IMG/VR virus record: IMGVR_UViG_3300014204_000111
Location: 156,862 to 220,861 of that record
DNA length: 64,000 nt
Origin: a virus
Taxonomy: Duplodnaviria > Caudoviricetes
Direction: 5' to 3' (one strand)
Position 1 is the stretch's first letter. Each line of letters opens with the position of its first letter. The notes beneath the pieces were generated by a model that saw only the letters and a list, made by a program, of their open reading frames with translations, had not been told where the DNA came from and did not search any database. Of the stretch, positions 19,401 to 30,100 are shown one piece after another. Both the position numbers and the translations under genes were made by a program.

Positions 19401-22400
19401 TGATTTGTCTATATTTGAAAATATTAACGATAAAAATAATACATTAAATAAATATGCTTATATTTCAACACCAAATGGCGTTTATAAACAAGAAGAATAT
19501 TATATTGGAAATACTAGATATTTATATTGGAAAAAATATAATTCATCTACTCATATAGCGAATAAATTTGTTGCTATTTCTAATAGTGAAGAGCAAGGGT
19601 CTAAAATTATTTATGAAAATCCTTATATAACTGGAGATTTTGATACTTTATTCAAGGGTAAGTCTATCTATATTAGAACACAACCTATTACTAATAACTA
19701 TAATACAAAGAATTCTAATTATGTTATGCCTGATTATGATGATACTTTATATGAAACTTTCTTAGGTAAGGTTTCTGAAGTCATTACCAAAACTAGAAAA
19801 CAAAGTATAACTGAACAAATAACTGGAGAAAAATCAAAAGAAACAGAAAATGACTCTACACAAAAAGATTTCTCTATTTCTGGTTCAACTATTATTACAG
19901 ATATTTATTTGAGATTTGAAGACGAAGCAGGGTCATTAAATAAAGATTTAGTTGATTTATTGTTCAAAACTCCAGTCCCAATTTACGAAGATGATTTATC
20001 ATCTTATGCCGAATCTCAGATGATAAACTGGTCTAGAGTTAATGCATTAGCAATTAATAAATCTACATATCCTGCAACTATTGTTCAGAATTTTAATTTG
20101 AATGATTATGTACATACGGATACTTTGAGTAATACGGTATTTTTCCCTGCAAGAGCGACAGATTGGGGAACAACAACTAGATTTACTGATTCATATGGAG
20201 CATCATATAATGATGCAGATTCTAAGCCATTGTTTGCTCCAACTCTCCATAGAGAGGGTAATTGGGCTTCTCAAACAAAAATTGGAGATAGAATCACATA
20301 TAAGCCAAAAGAAGTAAGTCATCATGCTTATAAGAAGTTAGTTTTACGTCAGCCTAAAGATGACCTTTATGTATTATTAGATTATATGTCTGACCCTCAC
20401 AGAGATTATATGACAGGTCAAGAACATACTCCTCTTATTTTCTCTGGTACTAATTCTTTATTATTTAATAGAGATATTTCTACTTACACACCTGTAACTG
20501 ATGGAAATAATAATACTCTTGGTATTTCTCAGCCTGGAGAAATTATTAACTTAGTTACTGATAAATATTTAGAAAAATTTGGGCCATATAGTTATAAAAC
20601 TTATAAAACTAAATTTTCAAGATTGGCAAATTTGGCTAATAGTGGAAATGCTAATTTATTAACAGTTGTATCTAAGAATGGAAATAATGATGATTTAGTA
20701 GAGTTGTCAGAAGCAGCAAGTTATATTGAGGCAGATGGATTAGACACCTATATTTCAATGGCATTTTTAACTTCTTTTGCAACCAATTCGATTAATACAA
20801 TAAATAAAGAGAAAGGTGTAAATACTACTGTACCTAGTTATGGAGTAAAATTAGACGGACAATATGAAATTTTAACAGGGTCTGATGAAGCTGAGCCAAA
20901 AATTGAATTCTCAAAATTTGTAACATCTTTGTCTCTTAAAAATTGGTCAATTGGTTATAGAGTTATTGTAGCTGAATCTGATGGAAGTTCTTGTACATTA
21001 CCTGTAATGGTTAAGTATAAAGAAGATGTATTCGACCATATGAAATATTATGACCCTAATAGTACGGCAACTATTGATGTTAGGGATTATATAATATTCT
21101 ATGATGGAGTAAGATATAATTTAATTACTCCTGATTATACATATAATAATGAAGATATTGCTTGTCTTACATCTACACTAGGTAAGGTATATTATAAATA
21201 TACTCTTGATGGATGGACAAGATTATCTACATTTGATGATTCTACTACCATTCGTAGAAAAATTACTGTAAATGATAATAATACAATAGAATCTGAATAC
21301 CTCAAAAATCTTTATCCAGGTATTGCTATTTTAAGTGAAAATGCTTTTAATTATAATACTATTTACGAAGATACTACAGGAGATATGATTCTTGGATATG
21401 TAAAAAGAATTAGATATGCATATTCCGAAGATGATGTAATTGACCAATCTAGAATAATTGTTGAACAAGTGGATAATATTCACTCATTAGCTTATCCTCC
21501 AGAGATATTTGGTGTAGGAGATACTTTCATTATTCGTGATAGAGTATTTACAGACACTATTGTTGACCCTATTGAGTTGTTTTTAGGAGATACTCCTGGG
21601 GAATGGATAGACGATAAGTATACAAGTATTTTATCATCTATTATAGGTAATCCTCTTCAATTAGTGGATACTCCAAATGCAGTAGAAGGATTTAGTGAAG
21701 CAGATTATTATAATTTAATTCCGGCAGGAACTAAATTTCTTAACTCTCCAGTAATTTTAACTGGCCCGTGGATAGGTCATGAAAATGAAATCTCATGTTG
21801 GACAGGTTCAGAGTGGTTATTTGATGCTCCAGAAATAGGCAGAATACTAGCTATTACTAGTAGAGATACTTATGTGCGTTGGGATGGTGTTCAATGGTCT
21901 GATATAGAAGTTCCTGCTTGGTGGTGGGATGCTTCTGCTCCAGAGGGTGTTATCGCTATTGCTACTACTGGATGCATGAGTAAAAAATCTGGAGACTATA
22001 TTGATAGAATAAACAATTTTGAACAAATGTGGAAATATATCACTCCTGAAGTAGGAGATATACTTATTGCCAAAGATAAACAAAAATATGAGTTTAAACA
22101 AGGAAGTCCTCTTGATTGGCATAATATAAATAATAGAACTTATCAAATAGAGTTAGATAATGGTAGAACATTAGATGCTGGTACTTACAGAACAGCCTTT
22201 GTATATCCTCCATTGATGACTAAGGTTCCAGAAGATAATACTCGTCATTCTTTCTATACGGCAGATATTGATGGAAAAGTTATCTATACTAATAACTTAT
22301 TATTCGATTATGAAAATCGTGTAATGATAAAGAGCTATAATGATAGATATTTTGGTAGAACTAGTGTATCCATTCATAAACAGTTACATAAGAATATTAA

Positions 22401-25400
22401 TGGTCAATTTTATAATAGATTAGAAGATGAAATACACATTAATACTGAAATTACAGATTTTAAAAATCCTATATCTGCAAATGCAATAGGAACAATAATA
22501 GCGTTTGTCTCTTCAACAGGAAATGATAAGGGTAATTATTATTACAATCTTTATACGCCTAATAATCAAAATTTAGTTTCAGCACAAAAAGTTAGTAGAT
22601 TCGAAATGATTGGAGATGGTAATGCTTACTTTATTTGTGTTGATGAAAAGAATCAAATTTTCGTTCTATTTGACACTAAAACACAAACATTAGTTAATGG
22701 TAGACCTAATATACTTCCTTTATCAGAATTAAATCTTTCTGGTGGAGAAGGAGATTTGTATGCTTACTTTTTATCAACAGCAAATCTTTATAAGTTTAAA
22801 ACTAAAACCACTGATTCAACTAATATTAATATTCCTGCTGCTACTATCTTTGACTTTCCACCTCAAGTTCAAAAGTGGGTTGGCTCATTTAAGAGAAATA
22901 ATTTTTATCTAACTAGTAAGGGAACAAAAGGATATACATATCTTACAGATTTAAATAATTTAACTCAATTTGACGCTCTTCATGCGAGAGATGAAAAAGC
23001 TGATTCAAAAGAAATCAAAAATACACTTACAAATACATTTTGGAGTTGGAATATTGATTCATCTCCTACATCAGAACTTTATAAAATAGGCTCTTCATAT
23101 AAGCAAATTAATACTCCTGATTATGATTGTAATAGTCCTATATTTAATAATACATATAGCTCATATCCAACGTTATATGAACCTTGTGCTATTTTACAGG
23201 ATGATTTCTTCTTATTACCTCACTATAAATATGATACAGATAATAAATCTGTTGTATTATCCTTAGTCATTAATAATCAAAGTATAAAAGAAAATACATC
23301 TGTTAAATCTGGTAATTTACCTAATTTGACATCTAAATATGGAAAAAATAACTCTACTCAAAATATTATAAGAACAGTATTACCTTATCATACAGTAAAA
23401 GCAGTTATAGATGTACCAGAATCAGAAATGACTGTATGGGGTGATGATGGAATGACGCATCCTATTCCAGGGATACATCTTCCATTAGTTTCTAATGTTG
23501 GAGATAAATATTTTGTAAGAGTTGTTAACTACATTGTTCCTCCTGTTGTTCATATTAGACAAATGTATGATAAATACAGAGAAGATTATCTAGGATTAGA
23601 TAATGCAAGTTATATTGTAGACCCAGATATTGCGTCTATTTATCCTTCTGACCCATTAGTATTATATGCTGGATATATCGTAACATGGAATTCTGCTTCT
23701 GGAAATTTTGATGTTGTTATTCCTTCTCCATACCAAGAAGCTATAATTCAAAATACATTCGGAAAATACACTGCTGACACTTCATATTATTATGATAGTA
23801 CTTATTCAACTTGGTTGACAGATAGACCTATTCAAGTTAAGTCAAGTAGTAAACCATTTAGATTGTATGAATATCAATTAGTTGAAGGAGAGGATGTTGG
23901 GGCTTCATTAGCAGCTCAATGGGTATTATGGACAACAACAGTTATTAACGAAGGTTATCCATACGTAACTATATATGAAGAAACTCCTAATATAGCAAAA
24001 TATTGGGCTTATTATGAAAATAAAGAGGTCTTTACAGATAAGAATCTTGATAACAATCCAATTACAGCTCCATTTGAAATAGACAACTTACTTGTGCAAG
24101 GAGTCAATGCTTTACACCGTATGAAAGTTTCTAGTAATGAAATTCAAAGTGTACAAATATGTCTAAATAAAGAGGCTGTAAGAGATTTAAATATAATTGA
24201 TAATAACGAAATTGCTTCAGAAGTTCTAAATATATTTGAAGTCTTAGACGAAGGACTAAGAAATACTTCTGCATATAATACAATTGTTACAGATATTTCT
24301 CCTGAAAATGATATTGACGGGTTAGAACAAGATTATAATGATGTATTTGGTAATTACAAGAAAATGATTGATACATTATTGTGTAATAATCCCATACTTA
24401 CCTTTGATACTACTGACCAAACTTTCTCAGAAGGTTCTTTATCTGTTAATAATAGCGCTGGAACTTTAACTTATAATGCTAATAAGACATTAGAAGGAAT
24501 GGTAGAAGTAATAAAACAAATTACTATTACTGATATAAATGATTTGCCAATTCCTATTCCAGAACTATCAGGACTATATTTAATTAAAAAAATATCTACA
24601 GTCACTCAAAATCATATAGAATTAGATGATGTTGTTGAGTCTATTGATGACATAATTTACATTCCTCAAGAAGCAAGAGAATTAAGAGAATATATTTATC
24701 TTTTATCCACTGGTTCTCCTGGTACTGGTTCTCCTGGCTCTGTATCAACACCTGGATATCTTGTAAAATGGATATATAATCCTAATATAGCAGACTCAGG
24801 AGAATATATACAATATGCTCCATCAGTAGGAGATACTATCTCATTTGATGGCAAATATTATCAATGCGAAAGTGTAACAATAAGTGAGGCTATTTGGACA
24901 TTAATAACTGATGTTACTCAAAATTATGATAATATTTTCTTTAAATATTATGAAGAATCAAGTCCTGATAATTACTGGACATCTGATGAAGTCCCTGCTC
25001 TTTATCCTGGGCTACCAATTAAAGATTTAAGTACTGGTAATATATATGTATATGGTGAATCTAGGTTTAACAATGATAAAAAACTAAGAAATATTGATGG
25101 TAATAAATCTTATAATTCTTATTCTATGTTAAAAATGGCTTTACCAACTGTTCATGAAAATATTAAATATCTTAATACACTACAAAAAGCTCTTAATATT
25201 GATTTATCACCATTTATCAGTATTTCTGCTGTTACCAAAAAGAGCGAGTTAGAACATAAATTTGGTGCAGAATATTTTGAGAATGTATTTCCTCCAAGAG
25301 AAGATGGTAAAACTAATGAGTTAATATCTATTTCAACTAATATTGAAACTAAAATTAATTCTGGAGCAAAAAGATTAGTAGGTACTAAAGATTTTGGATA

Positions 25401-27144
25401 TTATGTTAAAATATCTTACAACTCTGGTACTACATTGGGTAGTGATTCAAGTACAACTTATATAGAAAAATGGCAGTTAGGGCCAACTTGTCCTCCTGTT
25501 ATAACATCTGACTCAAATATTGTAACAGCACTAGGAACAACCGATATCTCTTCATTATTAATTCCTTCAGAATTAGTAGCTCCTAATATTTATTGGGAAA
25601 TTACAAATAGAAGTAATGTAACTAGTACAGTTACTCCTGAAAAATTAGACCTTTGGGCTGATGGATTAGGTACTTCTGAATTTATTGCTGCTAAAATACC
25701 AAGAGCGATATTTAACTATACTAATTATGAGAGTGGATTAATAGCCCTAGCATTAACCGGACAAGTTCTTGGTGATGTTAATACTGGTGTATGGATTTAT
25801 TTAGGAGAAGTATCAGTATCTATGTATACAAATGTAGAGGATAACGTAGCTCCTCTTATACTAGACCAGATACATTTTCTTGAAGAAAAAGTTACTTTAT
25901 TTAGTGCATTTGATTATAACAAGGCTCTTCAAAAATATGATATAGTAACTGATACTGATTGGTTAAATCAAGATGGAGTAAATAGACAAAAATACCATTC
26001 ATTAATAGGTTCTGGAAATCGTATTTCATTTGCTCACGATTGGGAAACTTATAATCTTAATAGTCAAGGAAATCCTCTTCCAGGTTCTATTAATACAACT
26101 GTTTTATTTAATGGACTAACTTCATCTGCCGCTCATGAGGGAGTAGATGTAGATACCTATAGAACATTAGTATCTGAAAAATTGACATCTAATGCGTCTG
26201 TAAGTAGTTATGGTTATATCACTAGTTTAATTAGAGGACAAAAAGGTGTATTTTATGGATTCCAGCCTAATGCAGTATTTGATAATACTGTAGATGCAGG
26301 ACAATTTATCTCAAGAGGTTGGTACTACTTCTGTGTTCCATCGTTATTTGATTATATTAAATTACCAGATGATTTCTTTGTTGAGTATAGTCAGTCTAAT
26401 AATTTAACATCTGTTACAGGAAATATTTCTGAGAAAGAAATTTGGATGGAATCATATTCTGGTACTGGTAAATGGGAAAGAGTTCCAATGCAAGTAATTG
26501 GTAAAAAAGAAACTATTTTAGTTCCTGACCAATTTTATACAAGAACAAATACTCATGATTTAAACTCAAATACATCTGACTTTGTTAAAGAAAGAGTTTA
26601 TACTCAATATTTACCAATTTTTGCTTCTACTATGAAGAGACATGGGCCTCCGTTTACACATGATTATCCTAGAGAATTTGGGTATATTAATTCTAACAGT
26701 GCGTTTTATCAGTTAAATAATATGCCAATTCCTAATGACTTAAGAAGTTGGCGTGATGCTGGGCCTGCATGGAGCACTAATGTTCTAGATTGGACAGTAC
26801 GACCTATTGGTGGATATTGGTTTAGAGTTCTTACAAATATTGGAAGAACATATGATGAAACTGCGACATTAGAGTTAGGAAAAACTACTAGAGATAATGA
26901 TTCGTTTGTTTTAGGTTCTAAATCTCAATATACTGAAGAAGATGGTACATTAGCCGACCCTGTAAAGAGATTAGATATTATTAATTTATTACATAATTGT
27001 CCTCCAATGTTCTTAAATATTGTTCGTAACGAATGTTGGATTGAAGATGCTACTATTTCTAATGGAAAATTAAACTTATTACTTGCAGGAAAAATAGAAG
27101 GCAAGGTACATATGGAGGTTTATACAATCGATGTTAATCAATAA
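13492..27144 (+). CDS. Giant 4550 aa virion structural protein (fibre or appendage-like, multiple beta modules including DUF2793-like repeats)
   Basis: 13.6 kb uninterrupted ORF, N/D/T/S/Y/I-rich. N-terminal F..G..L....LQ..Q.NF...HQHDG motif; DUF2793-like segment near 21721-21906; located among structural genes. Confidence 0.8.
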   Translation: MPLNKVNFAQGANLSSECLQNIQTNFDRYLSSHQHDGVNSPFIDASEVHLEGQDAGNPLNRTLYDHVRDYAIHGFGNRYAVTSPYSDTLSESDYVEIDIIEDCKQWTFNGTYWETIVQLAKPIESDYTVQIQPVYSNHYVDFFTKLNPDTNFANLEGVVPLNNTLLNLHIIPTNLTSSSFGVRLYAIGKGTRHQLVSYDESLFANKNKIYFAERLTLPITGNSELNTFKIPYAGGFNYLPKKGKCSFPVDIFLAVNAIVTPNSTKLIVGDSVKPLPFNIADNNTYAFRDISEDIAGFQAPTDAANFGFITEEDAKSLEILNLSSFSQAQLANIVISGDNIEYKTRTFHYIDQQGNTVDTIPDEILPGMMYYVIIVDTVHHLNGDPDSTSTIMKPLSEILIISSDKNIIEYQASIGTLTPRTVDSYGNIAETNVFLSGDYQVLDNEYILLNNVTYNGRQADDLYYQPPKNTEVSIASQDFSDAHSDNASRIFYDNHNLLTDIFPGLTPETSVALYYKGFNSVDSQALYPDMKVDLRNTSTYNKTVYFSNKEYLIDSKFIPIRIRPKSIVVNAKSVLTTEYNAIFVRPKTIILRPEDVFYPLTGAQNTFNFPQGVAIGLNKTLAFKALNLDNFSDNFNSYHFYAYLKCPTNDGKYVTGYAEFFNNNLLDYINDADAESIDYQTIQGNAESRIFTGEFSTYVPVSGKLVSELIDNLRNYYIETDKEPSEAIIPGITKVFINKSDIQPLNYLNRFYTGSDLSAKFLAHSSTTPLDSHIGIVKNVEKTNSETWRVNLYSPVHQNSEATYLQKIFDGLDFIPQDVVNINGEPVFLSKTPTEPLLYKRITAEVVSTNKIILDKNDIINTNRYQDNLFSFDVYSEDDSKVVTNTKYIANNNDVEFTHYLYVGSELPFNTIDCILDDPINASLGATVTYQFLDQESEWIDLTLLNNTTTQNLDFYGLGDFSEFPNSVAIFERPNIATINERYSSQPYTTSRWTKSSLPDFKSTSKYWVRIKVDVPTHNSLPSSDTRKGYFPVIRSVSVYSTSPANIRINNWSCTATQDVNQKYIVTLTKVSNASTDISYLRKGDFVSWRQIIDSVTHYFQGTLISAAKDGSNNITLIINSPKWAGEESTVSMVTSCRNPLSYIRNIRVPIDKDIHVNISRRTNQQNPIPPLGTSGFYDSIAYGALKQQFFLISEDHETPLTLNEDFDNIRNCYDEYDDNETPDKGDIRTFYFKGDFVLTEVCPRIISDTVQYGIISDHSIGIHDKLWINLLQYNSSNLNYYVAKLSTNDQYYLVIRSGGTLPVEEDLNDFNVGAFSNKFAYLWDDNYPILSRDGIVEDISEDSPGGTYSLTDIEFSQRVSKFYKGDALSFGARNLIGIVFDTDDIYTSYNPDRPSFTNVNGIDDISNTFELVLPISVTSFGDNVFVNNGLTNTGDTFVYSDARTILTKEATLDSFPELPYEIDLLTLVESDSLYAKINTVKNTEDGLEIILGDNPPNTDEILLVSEGYYSNISSTLTIEDDDINRIKSRITQLRTENKGLGDATNNGDFKYEKLVQSHKAYDFGRAWAGLKDKQARVAVKFNPTLDDNVSYNIKNFSFLPGYDGNSINGINSIGNGIYCFVTPIRNIKHYNPALDGNYFGVNIKLSDSFASLSNLTYAHTHGAVDTYNVESIVDSIGKVPSDSLYYLLSDNPISGYLPYAGNIVTRTVNGVTYTRAEANATLLDISTGRRYIRVANKWRDLLTNTEPVYELVSKFNPSNHDESLVWHLAKIDNEYFIYVGNYSIIDPSTIPFSVGTILQSFDAWPMTTSITYDNPYFIVEASFDSQKKPQDTTYTHQIWKKVKEGDNTTVIPWGPTNNAVFGGSYLNYATSILPVKTGQTVSVVCLNLGDDGTKEYIKAKSISLGTVAEAWYNPVNINRIAKIHYTAGVVDSIVFNDTIPQYMDICRVINSKDIYIFYGVSPNGRWTKYDLSIFENINDKNNTLNKYAYISTPNGVYKQEEYYIGNTRYLYWKKYNSSTHIANKFVAISNSEEQGSKIIYENPYITGDFDTLFKGKSIYIRTQPITNNYNTKNSNYVMPDYDDTLYETFLGKVSEVITKTRKQSITEQITGEKSKETENDSTQKDFSISGSTIITDIYLRFEDEAGSLNKDLVDLLFKTPVPIYEDDLSSYAESQMINWSRVNALAINKSTYPATIVQNFNLNDYVHTDTLSNTVFFPARATDWGTTTRFTDSYGASYNDADSKPLFAPTLHREGNWASQTKIGDRITYKPKEVSHHAYKKLVLRQPKDDLYVLLDYMSDPHRDYMTGQEHTPLIFSGTNSLLFNRDISTYTPVTDGNNNTLGISQPGEIINLVTDKYLEKFGPYSYKTYKTKFSRLANLANSGNANLLTVVSKNGNNDDLVELSEAASYIEADGLDTYISMAFLTSFATNSINTINKEKGVNTTVPSYGVKLDGQYEILTGSDEAEPKIEFSKFVTSLSLKNWSIGYRVIVAESDGSSCTLPVMVKYKEDVFDHMKYYDPNSTATIDVRDYIIFYDGVRYNLITPDYTYNNEDIACLTSTLGKVYYKYTLDGWTRLSTFDDSTTIRRKITVNDNNTIESEYLKNLYPGIAILSENAFNYNTIYEDTTGDMILGYVKRIRYAYSEDDVIDQSRIIVEQVDNIHSLAYPPEIFGVGDTFIIRDRVFTDTIVDPIELFLGDTPGEWIDDKYTSILSSIIGNPLQLVDTPNAVEGFSEADYYNLIPAGTKFLNSPVILTGPWIGHENEISCWTGSEWLFDAPEIGRILAITSRDTYVRWDGVQWSDIEVPAWWWDASAPEGVIAIATTGCMSKKSGDYIDRINNFEQMWKYITPEVGDILIAKDKQKYEFKQGSPLDWHNINNRTYQIELDNGRTLDAGTYRTAFVYPPLMTKVPEDNTRHSFYTADIDGKVIYTNNLLFDYENRVMIKSYNDRYFGRTSVSIHKQLHKNINGQFYNRLEDEIHINTEITDFKNPISANAIGTIIAFVSSTGNDKGNYYYNLYTPNNQNLVSAQKVSRFEMIGDGNAYFICVDEKNQIFVLFDTKTQTLVNGRPNILPLSELNLSGGEGDLYAYFLSTANLYKFKTKTTDSTNINIPAATIFDFPPQVQKWVGSFKRNNFYLTSKGTKGYTYLTDLNNLTQFDALHARDEKADSKEIKNTLTNTFWSWNIDSSPTSELYKIGSSYKQINTPDYDCNSPIFNNTYSSYPTLYEPCAILQDDFFLLPHYKYDTDNKSVVLSLVINNQSIKENTSVKSGNLPNLTSKYGKNNSTQNIIRTVLPYHTVKAVIDVPESEMTVWGDDGMTHPIPGIHLPLVSNVGDKYFVRVVNYIVPPVVHIRQMYDKYREDYLGLDNASYIVDPDIASIYPSDPLVLYAGYIVTWNSASGNFDVVIPSPYQEAIIQNTFGKYTADTSYYYDSTYSTWLTDRPIQVKSSSKPFRLYEYQLVEGEDVGASLAAQWVLWTTTVINEGYPYVTIYEETPNIAKYWAYYENKEVFTDKNLDNNPITAPFEIDNLLVQGVNALHRMKVSSNEIQSVQICLNKEAVRDLNIIDNNEIASEVLNIFEVLDEGLRNTSAYNTIVTDISPENDIDGLEQDYNDVFGNYKKMIDTLLCNNPILTFDTTDQTFSEGSLSVNNSAGTLTYNANKTLEGMVEVIKQITITDINDLPIPIPELSGLYLIKKISTVTQNHIELDDVVESIDDIIYIPQEARELREYIYLLSTGSPGTGSPGSVSTPGYLVKWIYNPNIADSGEYIQYAPSVGDTISFDGKYYQCESVTISEAIWTLITDVTQNYDNIFFKYYEESSPDNYWTSDEVPALYPGLPIKDLSTGNIYVYGESRFNNDKKLRNIDGNKSYNSYSMLKMALPTVHENIKYLNTLQKALNIDLSPFISISAVTKKSELEHKFGAEYFENVFPPREDGKTNELISISTNIETKINSGAKRLVGTKDFGYYVKISYNSGTTLGSDSSTTYIEKWQLGPTCPPVITSDSNIVTALGTTDISSLLIPSELVAPNIYWEITNRSNVTSTVTPEKLDLWADGLGTSEFIAAKIPRAIFNYTNYESGLIALALTGQVLGDVNTGVWIYLGEVSVSMYTNVEDNVAPLILDQIHFLEEKVTLFSAFDYNKALQKYDIVTDTDWLNQDGVNRQKYHSLIGSGNRISFAHDWETYNLNSQGNPLPGSINTTVLFNGLTSSAAHEGVDVDTYRTLVSEKLTSNASVSSYGYITSLIRGQKGVFYGFQPNAVFDNTVDAGQFISRGWYYFCVPSLFDYIKLPDDFFVEYSQSNNLTSVTGNISEKEIWMESYSGTGKWERVPMQVIGKKETILVPDQFYTRTNTHDLNSNTSDFVKERVYTQYLPIFASTMKRHGPPFTHDYPREFGYINSNSAFYQLNNMPIPNDLRSWRDAGPAWSTNVLDWTVRPIGGYWFRVLTNIGRTYDETATLELGKTTRDNDSFVLGSKSQYTEEDGTLADPVKRLDIINLLHNCPPMFLNIVRNECWIEDATISNGKLNLLLAGKIEGKVHMEVYTIDVNQ

Positions 27145-30100
27145 TGAATTTATTCCTGTAATACAAAAAACATCACAAACATATAGAACTATTCGAACCA
27201 AAAATTATGGTAATTTTTTGGGATTTGAAACTAATACGTTAATTTGGGATAAAAATATAGACCAAGGTATACGTTATTTTAATTATTCACAACAACCGTG
27301 GTGGAGAGGTACTTATTACAATAATTTAGATGGAAAATTTCCATTTCTTCCTATGGGTGGTAATAATTTTATTGATGACCTAGGTATTTATACTATTAAT
27401 GAAGGAACAAATTTTGCTCAGAGAGAAATGCTTTATCAAAAGGGAGACGAAGATAAAGGTCTAGATAAAAGCATTTGTCTAAAATGGCAAAAATCTTTAT
27501 CATCAGAAAAAATTACTCAGGTTCAAGATATAATTCCTACTGATATTCCATTGGTAGGTGGAGTATTGCCCTATGGTACTCAGAATGATTTATATAAAGA
27601 TACGTATATTGATATAAGTAATAATACTTCTCCTATTAAACCTATTACTTATTCTAAAACATCAACCTCAGAAGCAATATCTTATCAAGATATGTATCGT
27701 ATTGAGAATAGTTCTTTGTTACCTAACAATGCTTTTGTAGATAATAAAAATATAAATATAGAAAAAAGATTTTCTGATGAATATGGAACACCAGCAATAC
27801 TTCGCTTATTACCTGAATATATAACTCCTGTAGTTACTGATGAACCTCAACATCCTGCACAATTTTATAGCTCATTATACGGAAGATTAGATGGGGACAC
27901 TGTTATATTCTTATTACATAAAAATGACATAGTTTATGTTGGTAATAATAATACTTTGGGAATTGAATTAGCTGATGCTGCGAGAACTTTAAAACAAGGA
28001 ACACAAGAAGTTCCATCTCAAGGAACAGCATATGCCGCAGAACAAGGTGCTTGGTTAACTTTAGGCTCTGGTAATAGTGGTGGAGCAAAATATCATGCTA
28101 ATGATATAGTTGTTATTACTAATGATATTTCTGGGCCTTTGGCTGGAACATTTAAGAGTGATACATATTCTACGCCAGCTATTGTTAGACAAACATTAGC
28201 TACAGATAGATTTTCTTCTCCATATAATGCAACTGTATATCTAAAGGGAGCAGATTATTTATATTTTAATTACGATGCAATAAGAGAGCAAAAATATTCA
28301 AATCCTATTGCTCAAAGTAAGGCATTAAGTATTGGTTCAGTTTATTATATTCAACCAGTTGGTTTAAAAAATAAAAATGTTAGTACTGGAGTTTACACTG
28401 ATTTAAATAATGATTTGTATCATATAGGATTATTTCCAGGTATGCAATTATACTCCTATGCAACAAAAGACAAAGTTTATCCTCAAACTATTCTAGACTA
28501 TAAAGATGCAACTCGATATAATATCGTTACTAGTTGTAGCGATATTAATGCTGATTTTAACACTTCAGAATATCACTATCTAAATATAATCTTAGACTCT
28601 ATAGAAAAAAATAATGCACAATTATTTTCAGGCTCTTTACTGGGATGTTCTACATTAGACGATACTATACAGTATATTTATACAGATAAGGCGAATACAC
28701 TAGACACTATTCTCTCTTTAGACTTATTAGGAAAAAGTATTTTTAATACAGATACTGACCTATCTAGTAATAATAGAGCTATTATAATAGGATACGGATT
28801 AGGTTCTGCATGTGGTCATGTTATTACAGATTTTAATAATGATGCTATAAATTTTAATGATAATATAGATAAAATTAATTACAAAAAATATATTTTAATT
28901 ATCAAGTGGTTAATTGATGATGACGGAGTATATTATCTAAACTCTAGTTCTGATATGTCATCAGTTGCTTTTTCTCCATCAAGTTTGACTTTTAAAACTT
29001 ATGATGCTATAGATTTTACTGGAGAAGTTAAAGATGAAAATTCTCTTGCTACTATAAAGAAAGACTTTGTAGTATTAGAAGCTTCTCATCCAGTATACGA
29101 AACTGATTCTAATGGAGTATTATATGGTGGATTACAAGCTATTTATATTAAAGAATTAAATAGTCTTCCAAGCGAAGAAATTCCTTATACTATACCTGAT
29201 GTTAAAACAGCAAACGCTATAGAATCTGGTATCCGACCAGGAGTGATATTAAATGTAGGACAAGATATACAATGTTCAGAGTCAGCTTCTGCTGATATTA
29301 TCAATTTAGGAATATCACCCTCTGTCACTTGTTCTACAAGAAGAGTTCATTCACCTGTAGAATTAATTACTGCTATAGTAGATTATGATGACTTAGGAAC
29401 CTTATCAGAATTAACCTGGAAAGATACTAATAGACCAGAATATGATGACCCTTATGGTGCGGAATCTATGATTCCTACTGTACTTGCTGGTTATACACAT
29501 AATTATCAATCTTTAGCAAAAGGAGATAGTTGGAGACTATATAGCGAAAATATATTTATGGATAATTATATTGAAAATTATTTAGATAGTTTTCCTGATG
29601 ATAATTATTATGATGATATATTTGCCATAGATATTTATGAATGGCTTGTAGACAATAATAAGCTTATTCCTTCTACACAAAGAGCAGTCTCTAGTATTAG
29701 AGATTTTATAGAAAAAATTTCTGATGGAGAAATATCATTTTTAATTGAAGGTAGAAATGAACTACCATATATGACACTTACTGATGACATTTTATGTTAT
29801 CAGGTTAATGGTACTTATATTTGGCCTGCTAGTAATGTAGGTTATTGGTCAAATGGCGGATTTAATACTACTACATCAGTTGTTAATCCTTGGTATTTTG
29901 GAACAAATGACCCATCTCTTATAAATGAAGAGAAGGGAGGAATACACGTATTTGATTATGAACCCGTAAGTAGTTGGAGATTAGTGAATTTAAATGATGA
30001 TATATCTTCCGGTGGTCTTTATCAAGGTTATTATAATTCGACTTATATGAATAGCTTTACTGGTCAATGGTATGATTCAAATCATAGTCTAAAAAATACG

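Noticed and set aside
27114-27144. Frameshift fusion of the 4550 aa and 2230 aa genes
   Set aside because: No slippery sequence is present in the overlap and the second gene has its own GGAGG and ATG.
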